Below, piece by piece: positions 49,303-56,162 of a stretch of DNA of 64,000 nt. Under the pieces are notes generated by a model. That model made no database searches. It worked only from the letters and a program-made list of their open reading frames with translations, and was not told the DNA's origin. The position numbers and the translations under genes were made by a program. How positions within the stretch are numbered: the first letter of the stretch is position 1; the number at the start of each line of letters is the position of its first letter. Source of the DNA: Nitrospirota bacterium (GTDB lineage: Bacteria > Nitrospirota > 9FT-COMBO-42-15 > HDB-SIOI813). The stretch spans positions 192,285 to 256,284 of the forward strand of contig JADZCV010000044.1 of NCBI GenBank assembly GCA_020851375.1, given 5' to 3'.

Positions 49303-50134
49303 AACGAAAACCTATTCCCCTGTGCCTGTAATCAGGCTTGAAGGTATTGGCCCGGTATGCTGCCCTGCTGTATGGCATGGCCGGCATAACTAACGACCCG
49401 CCCCGTGTGACTTTGTATGTCTCTCCAAAGGAATCCCTCTTAAGGGTGCTCCCAGGGTAGGGGAGGTACCAGGAGCTGGTCCATTCGCTCACATTACCGC
49501 ACATATCATAAACTCCATAAGGGCTTACGTCATCGCTGACACTTCCCGGAGGAAGGATCTGTCCCGGGCCTGCATACCGGGTGTTGCAGGTATGTCCTCT
49601 AAGATCACTCCCCCAGGGCCATTGGCGGCCGTCTGTGCCCCTTGCAGCCTTTTCCCACTCCTCTTCTGCAGGGAGCCTCTTTCCAGCCCAACGGCAGTAG
49701 GCATCCGCATCGTACCAGGTTATATTCGAGACAGGGATGTCTTCAGTTCCTTCTGGCGGGGTGTTGCCTTTCCACGAAGATGCCCCGGGATGTTTATCAT
49801 CAGGCGCTGAATGGCCGGTCGCATCAATGAAGGCCTTGTACTGACGGTTAGTCACCTCGTACCTGTCAATATAAAATGCCTTCAGATATACTGACCGCTG
49901 GGGAATCTCATCCACCCCCACGGACTGGCCCACCAACCCATCCTTCTCAGTGCTACCCATGATGAACTCTCCTGCAGGTACATGCGCCATCTGTTCCTCA
50001 GTCACCGTCTGACCGGCAGATGATGCAGTCACGACCATTCCTGCCAGGAAAACCTGCACTAATAAAAACAATGCGCCTGCCTGCTTCACCTGATTTTCAT
50101 CTGCCTTTGTGAGCCCTGGCTCATGACGGTTCAC
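49277..50134 (-). CDS. FGE-sulfatase domain protein, paralog C (signal-anchor N-terminus)
   Basis: YIDRYEVTNRQYKAF, YCRWAGKRLPAEEEWEKAARGTDGRQWPWGSD, GVYDMCGNVSEWT, RGGS. GTG start at 50134; the first roughly 10 codons lie inside the repeat's module C. Confidence 0.75.
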   Translation of the reverse strand: MNRHEPGLTKADENQVKQAGALFLLVQVFLAGMVVTASSAGQTVTEEQMAHVPAGEFIMGSTEKDGLVGQSVGVDEIPQRSVYLKAFYIDRYEVTNRQYKAFIDATGHSAPDDKHPGASSWKGNTPPEGTEDIPVSNITWYDADAYCRWAGKRLPAEEEWEKAARGTDGRQWPWGSDLRGHTCNTRYAGPGQILPPGSVSDDVSPYGVYDMCGNVSEWTSSWYLPYPGSTLKRDSFGETYKVTRGGSLVMPAMPYSRAAYRANTFKPDYRHRGIGFRCAEDDRAH

Positions 50135-50332
50135 CTGAAAACGCTCCTATTCTCCCGTCATTCCCACGGAACCTGTCCCCGCAGGATTTTTCACCCCGTC
50201 ATTCCCACGCAAGTGGGAATCCAGAACCAGGCCCACGGTCTGGATTCCCGCTTACGCGGGAATGACGTTTTCATGAACCCTGGTGAGCCCCGAGCTCATG
50301 ACGGTTCATCCAAAAATGCTCATGTGTAGCTG
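50103..50332 (-). repeat. composite palindromic repeat, copy 7 (module C inside the CDS N-terminus, leader, hairpin, core, second module C)
   Basis: gtgagccctggctcatgacggttcac + ctgaaaacgctcctattctcccgtcattcccacggaacctgtccccgcaggat... cgtcattcccacgcaagtgggaatccagaaccaggcccacggtctggattcccgcttacgcgggaatgacg ... gtgagccccgagctcatgacggttcat. Confidence 0.85.
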
Positions 50333-53023
50333 TCATTGCGTTACCTCTCCTGCAGTACCGGCGCACCAGTCAGGCCTGTTTGGCACATTGGCCGATGGCT
50401 TGTAGTGACACGTTGACATCGTGATGTTATGACACCTTAAATCACACCGGAAGCGGTTAAGATCGTCATCGCCCTCCAGGTACCATCTCGGTCTCAAGTC
50501 CGTGCCTCCTGTGACCAGCTCAGGGGCAAAATTGATCAGGTGGGTCGAAACAACCCCGTCAATCATACCATCCTCTTCATCAGGCGGCAGACACCCCGGA
50601 GGATCGGTCATTGGGTTTCCTCCCGGATTTCCCGGGGAACCAGCTCCGCAGTTCGGGTAGATCCTGCCTCTTCCGTCTCCATAAACCGTATTTTTCGCCT
50701 CTATGTTACTGTGAACATTATTGTGGCACTCATGACAATAAGAGCCCCCCAGCAATAAGTGATACATGTGAAGATTGATATCCCACGTGGTTTGAATACT
50801 TTGGGGGTTCCCGAAGAAGTTCGTCCACGAGGAATCACCTCCGTTCGCCCCTGCTGCAGTGGGGTCAAATGCCCTCCGGTCGTGACATTGAAAGCATAAG
50901 AGGAAGTTATCATAATAGGAGCTGCTCTGCCCGTCATTGATAAAGTCTCTGTTCGGATTCCGGATATCAGTGTTGTAGTTATTTCTCAGGATGCGCGGAT
51001 ATAATGAACCATGAGGTCCCTGGGGTTTCGTTGGATCGAAGTTTGTAAGTTCACTAATGTTAGACGCTGAATCCGTTATCCTGCGGTATGATGTCCCATC
51101 AGGAAGACCAGTTACAGGTCCTTTGATATCTCCAATTCCTGTAACATTGTTGTTGTGGCAATCGGTACACTGGATGGTAATGTTTCTGAGCGCCCCTGCC
51201 GGGTCGGCATCGCAACTCCCGTTCGTCCCTCCGGGATTGAAACGCGACGCAATGTTAAAGGCAACAGAAAGCTGATTACAAAGCTGGCCTGTACCATTCC
51301 TGCCAGGCGCTGCTACAGGGTGATAGGAAGGATTTCTTGCCTGCCTGGTATGATTTTCATCTATATCCTGACTGTTAGGATCAAACTCCTTTCGCTTATT
51401 GCTATACCCCCTGAAACTCAAATTTGCATCCGTTGGCATTACATCCCTGGGGTCTGACCGGAAAATGGTCTCTTCAGGATAGCGGTTGCCTATAAACAGG
51501 TTTGTATAGCTGTTCCCGTGACACCGGAGACAGACCTCATAGACATAAGGCTCGCGGCTGTTTCCCGGTATCTTTGCACCAACCACATTTCCGTTAATAT
51601 CTATCCCCTTCATCCCTTTAAGCCTGTTGGTCTTTGTCGCCTGATGGGGGTTATGGCAATCCACACATTCGACATGTACGGTATCCATGAGGGTTGTGCC
51701 AGGCGGATATTCATTAAAGAGAGGAGGTGCAAAACTCCACAGTTCCACACCTTCCTGCGGTCTGGCAACAAATACAGGCTCATGTCCCTGCCCCATCGTC
51801 AGGTTCATAGCACTCCCCCTGCCGCCCCTTCCGATATTTTTGTCTTTATAGAATTCGCTCCTTATGTCCGGAGGCGGATTCGCGGGATTTCCCATCTCAG
51901 ATGCCGGCCTGTGACAAAGATAACATGTATTCTCTATGGCAAGATTATTGTTGAAATCAACCCCCTCCCGAAGGAGCCGCTTGGCACCCTGTGCCGTATG
52001 GGGATCATGGCAGGCACGGCATGCGTACTTGCCCACAGTGTGAGTGCCGTCAAAGTTATATGGATTCGCTGCTGAAGGACTTGCCGTTGGTACAAACACA
52101 TCTGTATCATGTGTACTCCCGTTCCAGCCCGGCTTATCGTGGCAGTAAAGACAGATAATCTTCCCTCTTGCAGGGTCCTCAGGCTCATTGAAGTAGTTGG
52201 CCCGCAGGAACTTTGGAAAAGTTACAGCATGCGGGTTATGGCATGAGGTGCACTGTACTGAATCGTAGAGATTTGGCACACTGCCCGGATATCTCCGCAT
52301 GGGTGAAATTGGGGTAGTATCACTCACCTTTTGAGGCGGAACAAGCGGCGGACCCGGGTCCACGAGTTCTTCATCCCTTGCAGCAAGCAGACTATCATAT
52401 ACAAACGATACCGGATGGTCGTTTTGGAGGTTCGTACCTATGACCCTCGTGTCCGCTGATGTTACCCCTGAGCCGGACGGCATTGTCCCCGCGCCTCCTG
52501 CAGGGGTCTGCCCGGTTGGATAGATCATATCAAACGGCGATAAGGATGTCCCTGACCCAGGCGCATTGACAACCGTGCCCAGTGCTATTGTCCCGTCATG
52601 ACATGAAAGGCACAGTCTTGAGTATCCAGTAGGTGCATTCGGTTTTGGTTTGGTCTCATAACCCTCAAAGCTTGTGCTCCATACCTGGTCGTAGAGGATA
52701 TAACGTGCTGTAGAAAGCCTTCTGTTCCATATGGGGGCGCTCAATCCTGCAGCCTCTTCATCACCAACAGCGCCATGCGGCGTGTGACAGAATACACATA
52801 TCTCTGTTGTCTGTGTTGTAAACACAGCCCGGTCCGCCGGTCCTATTGATGAGAGGTTGTGCTTTGTGTTCCGAATGTCTTCAAGCACGGATGGGACTAA
52901 CGGTATCGGTGCAGGTGGCAGTGCCGGCGGCTGGGAATGTCCCCTTTCCTCCTGCCAGAAAAAAATGGCAAGAAAGATTAATACACCTATGAATGTAACC
53001 GGCAGCAGAATTTTTTTAAACAT
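50333..53023 (-). CDS. multiheme c-type cytochrome (11 CxxCH plus one CxxxCH), N-terminal signal/anchor
   Basis: CVFCH, CLSCH, CTSCH, CLYCH, CRACH, CYLCH, CVDCH, CLRCH, CTDCH, CFQCH, CHECH and CDLRCH; N-terminal MFKKILLPVTFIGVLIFLAIFF hydrophobic segment; 896 aa. Confidence 0.85.
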   Translation of the reverse strand: MFKKILLPVTFIGVLIFLAIFFWQEERGHSQPPALPPAPIPLVPSVLEDIRNTKHNLSSIGPADRAVFTTQTTEICVFCHTPHGAVGDEEAAGLSAPIWNRRLSTARYILYDQVWSTSFEGYETKPKPNAPTGYSRLCLSCHDGTIALGTVVNAPGSGTSLSPFDMIYPTGQTPAGGAGTMPSGSGVTSADTRVIGTNLQNDHPVSFVYDSLLAARDEELVDPGPPLVPPQKVSDTTPISPMRRYPGSVPNLYDSVQCTSCHNPHAVTFPKFLRANYFNEPEDPARGKIICLYCHDKPGWNGSTHDTDVFVPTASPSAANPYNFDGTHTVGKYACRACHDPHTAQGAKRLLREGVDFNNNLAIENTCYLCHRPASEMGNPANPPPDIRSEFYKDKNIGRGGRGSAMNLTMGQGHEPVFVARPQEGVELWSFAPPLFNEYPPGTTLMDTVHVECVDCHNPHQATKTNRLKGMKGIDINGNVVGAKIPGNSREPYVYEVCLRCHGNSYTNLFIGNRYPEETIFRSDPRDVMPTDANLSFRGYSNKRKEFDPNSQDIDENHTRQARNPSYHPVAAPGRNGTGQLCNQLSVAFNIASRFNPGGTNGSCDADPAGALRNITIQCTDCHNNNVTGIGDIKGPVTGLPDGTSYRRITDSASNISELTNFDPTKPQGPHGSLYPRILRNNYNTDIRNPNRDFINDGQSSSYYDNFLLCFQCHDRRAFDPTAAGANGGDSSWTNFFGNPQSIQTTWDINLHMYHLLLGGSYCHECHNNVHSNIEAKNTVYGDGRGRIYPNCGAGSPGNPGGNPMTDPPGCLPPDEEDGMIDGVVSTHLINFAPELVTGGTDLRPRWYLEGDDDLNRFRCDLRCHNITMSTCHYKPSANVPNRPDWCAGTAGEVTQ

Positions 53024-53102
53024 TGAATTATTATATATATAATTTAAAACCTGTCAACGGAATCTGCCCTGATTCATAAAGACAGCCATAGGGCGACTCA
53101 GG

Positions 53103-53846
53103 TTACCACAGTCCGGATCGTTTCAGCCTGTACAGTCTGAATACAACCAGAGGTGAAAACAGAGACAACAGCCCGGCAACAGCGCCTCCGGAAGTGGTTG
53201 GGCGGCTGCCCTGAGTCATGATAGTCCCGCATCCCAGCCCGCTTCCACTGCCAGAGCCTGAGTTAACTGACGATTCCTTTGATAACACTAACTGAAACAA
53301 CCTTGGATCTTTACCGGCCGATATATAGGAATAGCCGGAGTCCCGCGTAATATCTGCCAGCGCCATCTCCTGGCCGGCCCCGGCTCTATGAACATCCTTC
53401 AGGAGAAGGACCTCACCAGGTTTTAACTGACCCGGCAGGACATTCCAGCTCAGATCAACCTTTTTACCTGCAGGCACAGAATCTACGGTAATCTCCCATG
53501 AACTATCCCCGTTAGTTGATGTCCCTCTTATATCCTTCCATAGATATTTTGCCGCATCTGCAGCCCCATCCCTGCCCCGGATATAAGCCCTCAACAGCAC
53601 AGGATTCTCAGAATCATTGGCAGGATCAGACAGGGAAATCAGTGCAGGTGTATCCCAGAGGTTGTCAAAATCATCTGTAGCGCCCTGCTCTATGCCTACT
53701 ATCAGCTTGTTGTACAGCCTCGTATTGTCCCCGCCGGTTGTGGAAATCTCAATCGGCACCTTCCACGCGAAGGCAGATGTCAGGAATATACATTGCAGGA
53801 AAAAAATAAAAAAAGATATTGTGGATCTGCTAATCACTTTGCTCAT
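53103..53846 (-). CDS. secreted protein with C-terminal sorting-signal-like tail (Gly/Ser-rich linker, hydrophobic helix, basic end)
   Basis: Signal peptide MSKVISRSTISFFIFFLQCIFLTSAFA (start 53846; the track start is 53891). C-terminus GSGSGSGLGCGT...SGGAVAGLLSLFSPLVVFRLYRLKRSGLW. Confidence 0.6.
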   Translation of the reverse strand: MSKVISRSTISFFIFFLQCIFLTSAFAWKVPIEISTTGGDNTRLYNKLIVGIEQGATDDFDNLWDTPALISLSDPANDSENPVLLRAYIRGRDGAADAAKYLWKDIRGTSTNGDSSWEITVDSVPAGKKVDLSWNVLPGQLKPGEVLLLKDVHRAGAGQEMALADITRDSGYSYISAGKDPRLFQLVLSKESSVNSGSGSGSGLGCGTIMTQGSRPTTSGGAVAGLLSLFSPLVVFRLYRLKRSGLW

Positions 53847-53847
53847 C

Positions 53848-55908
53848 TTATTCCGGCCTCCTGAATACAATCTCCAGACCATCTCCGCCATTTACATATA
53901 ACCAGTACCCTGTCCAGGGCTCAAACGCTGCCGGCGGGTCGTCATTAAAAGAGGTGAAATCATAGTTACCGTCTTTTAGATAGTAAAGGGTATTTCCTGC
54001 CAGACCGTTCTTTATCGCCTCTGTAAATGGCTTCTCCTCTCCGGTTGAGTGATCTCTCACAACGACGTCTTTCATCAGAATCCTGTGTTCATATGGTGTT
54101 CCGACCATATTCCATCCTGTCTGTAACTCCATGCCATATTCCGGACTTTCAATCCTTACCCCATCAATAAACAGGTTGATGCCATCAACAGGGGAATAGA
54201 GGAAATATCCAAGTCCCGGAGATACCGAATCCTCTGAATAATACTGCGGAGGTGTGAGCCCGGGGTAGGCGGAATACCACCGGTATAATGCAACATCAGG
54301 ACCCACACTCGGTGCAAACAGGGATACCGCGTCATTCGGTACAGGCAGCAGAGGGAGGGATATGAGATTGTATCCCTTTCTAAGCGTAAGCGGTGATGTC
54401 AGTTTCACAAAACCTGATGTGCCTGCTGCATAGGACTGAGACGACAACGGAAACATTACGATGTTTGACACCGGAGACACGTGCCCTGACGAATCCACGC
54501 TCTTTATAGCGATGCAGTAGGTCCTGCCAGCCTCAAGCCCTGTCATCGTGTAGGTCTGCAACACCCCTTTCTGGGGTCTCTGTTCCCCTGTCACTTCAAT
54601 AGCCCTGTCCCACTCCCCATCAGCCAATACTGAGGATGCGGAACATTCCAGGTAGCGCAGGTCATACAGGGCTGCAGTGCCGGACATGCCGTCGTCTGAC
54701 GGCGCTGACCACATCAACAGTACTGAGGTATCTGTTACATAGAACCCCTGCAGGTCGCGGATCGCATCCGGTGGAAGGCTGTCGTCCGGCTCTGTCACTG
54801 AGATCCTGATCCTTCTTGAGGCGGTTGCCCCGTTCACATCCCTGATACCAGCAACAAATTCATATATACCCGGAACAATCAAATCCCCTGACAATACTCC
54901 CGTACTGCTGTCTAATGTTACCCCCTCAGGAAGGTTGCCTATAATGCTCCATACGATGGGCTTACTCCCTCCTGTGACTGAAATCCGGCCGGTGTATGCC
55001 TCTCCGGCAACTCCGTCAGGAAGCATGGCAGCGTCAATCTCAGGTATTGAATTGATATTGAGCGTATAGTCCCGCGAGCGGCTGTATCCATTTACAGTAT
55101 CATCCCCGATAATTACAAATCTGTATAAACCGGTTGCTGAGGGTGCGCCGGTAATTTCTCCAGTCTCCGGATTTAAAGTCATACCAGGCGGAAGCATCCC
55201 CTCTGAAAGTCTCCACACAGCGGTTCCACCAACTGCCGATAACTTCTCATTATAGAAGTTGTCCATTGTTCCATCAGGTAGATAGGGAGGGGTGATGAAA
55301 AGTCCTTTCGCCATCATCCTTATCTCAAAATCCCGGATCCCATACTTTTTACCTGATTCAACCGGGATGTTGTTGGTATAGAGATAACGGGATGAGCTCC
55401 TCATGTCTATAATGTTTGCCGGATTAGAAAGGTCAACAAGTAATATATCCATTTGAGCAGGCTTGTTTTCGAAATTCCAGTTCAGTGTGACAGTCCCTCC
55501 GTTCACTGTGGAGATGATACGGAATGTCCAGACTTTACTTTCGCCAAATGGCCTGATATCACGCCAGAGGGAACACTCCTGGTCCGTATAGCCTTCACCC
55601 GGATTGCTGCACGTCCAGTTAACCAGCTTGCCATACTTATCCCTGTATTCACTGAGGGTGCCATGGGTAAACATGGCCTGAACAGGGTCATCTGCTCCGG
55701 CCATGGAGAGGGTATCCCAGGAGCTGTCAAAGCCATCTGTTGCCCCTTCCATAGTCCCTGCAATAAGGTGATTCCAGACCGTACCATCGCTACCCCTCGA
55801 ATCAGGAACTGATACCTTTACATGCACAGACCAGTCCGTCTCTGCCGCATAGACAGCGGATACGAAGCTAACCAGGATCATGATTGTAATCAGTAATCGT
55901 TTTAGCAA
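53848..55908 (-). CDS. secreted cell-surface protein with putative Ig-like (cadherin/He_PIG-type) and fibronectin type III domains and a conserved C-terminal domain
   Basis: Signal peptide MLKRLLITIMILVSFVSAVYA; LPPGMTLNPETGEITGAPSATGLYRF (putative Ig domain motif); FN3 LLMWSAPSDDGMSGTAALYDLRY; C-terminal domain shared with the 1779-aa protein. Confidence 0.65.
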   Translation of the reverse strand: MLKRLLITIMILVSFVSAVYAAETDWSVHVKVSVPDSRGSDGTVWNHLIAGTMEGATDGFDSSWDTLSMAGADDPVQAMFTHGTLSEYRDKYGKLVNWTCSNPGEGYTDQECSLWRDIRPFGESKVWTFRIISTVNGGTVTLNWNFENKPAQMDILLVDLSNPANIIDMRSSSRYLYTNNIPVESGKKYGIRDFEIRMMAKGLFITPPYLPDGTMDNFYNEKLSAVGGTAVWRLSEGMLPPGMTLNPETGEITGAPSATGLYRFVIIGDDTVNGYSRSRDYTLNINSIPEIDAAMLPDGVAGEAYTGRISVTGGSKPIVWSIIGNLPEGVTLDSSTGVLSGDLIVPGIYEFVAGIRDVNGATASRRIRISVTEPDDSLPPDAIRDLQGFYVTDTSVLLMWSAPSDDGMSGTAALYDLRYLECSASSVLADGEWDRAIEVTGEQRPQKGVLQTYTMTGLEAGRTYCIAIKSVDSSGHVSPVSNIVMFPLSSQSYAAGTSGFVKLTSPLTLRKGYNLISLPLLPVPNDAVSLFAPSVGPDVALYRWYSAYPGLTPPQYYSEDSVSPGLGYFLYSPVDGINLFIDGVRIESPEYGMELQTGWNMVGTPYEHRILMKDVVVRDHSTGEEKPFTEAIKNGLAGNTLYYLKDGNYDFTSFNDDPPAAFEPWTGYWLYVNGGDGLEIVFRRPE

Positions 55909-56162
55909 GGCTGCACCCCTGATTATTCACCACAAAGACACAAAGTACACAAAGATAACAAATTCATAATATAATTCTTTTAATACCCTTTTTTAAAATT
56001 TCCACGTTGAAATTTATCAATAAACCTAATCGTAAATTCATTAGTTTCAAATATGACAGTATTCTCATAATCTATCGTTATCTCCTGAAGATTTTCCTGA
56101 TTTATAATTTTAGTTCTACTATCCATCTTTGTGTCCTTTGTGCCTCTGTGGTTAATCTTCTG
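55909..56162 (-). promoter_or_regulatory. AT-rich intergenic region bounded by inverted CACAAAG-triplet repeats; probable promoter/operator of the 686-aa protein gene
   Basis: 254 bp non-coding, strongly AT-rich centre. 55931-55954 cacaaagacacaaagtacacaaag on the plus strand; its imperfect reverse complement at 56127-56151 ctttgtgtcctttgtgcctctgtgg. Confidence 0.4.

Noticed and set aside
47646-50134. FGE paralogs as conventional sulfatase-maturating enzymes
   Set aside because: No sulfatase gene is present in the window and there are three lipoprotein or signal-anchored copies; the proteins are kept as FGE-domain calls without assigning the canonical formylglycine-generating function.
51518-52075. 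185-aa plus-strand ORF (and other plus ORFs 51057..51457, 50540..50758)
   Set aside because: Antisense to the multiheme cytochrome gene, whose CxxCH motifs confirm the minus-strand frame.
53103-53246. PEP-CTERM sorting signal on the 262-aa protein
   Set aside because: No Pro-Glu-Pro motif precedes the hydrophobic helix, so only a generic tripartite sorting tail (GlyGly-CTERM-like) is claimed.
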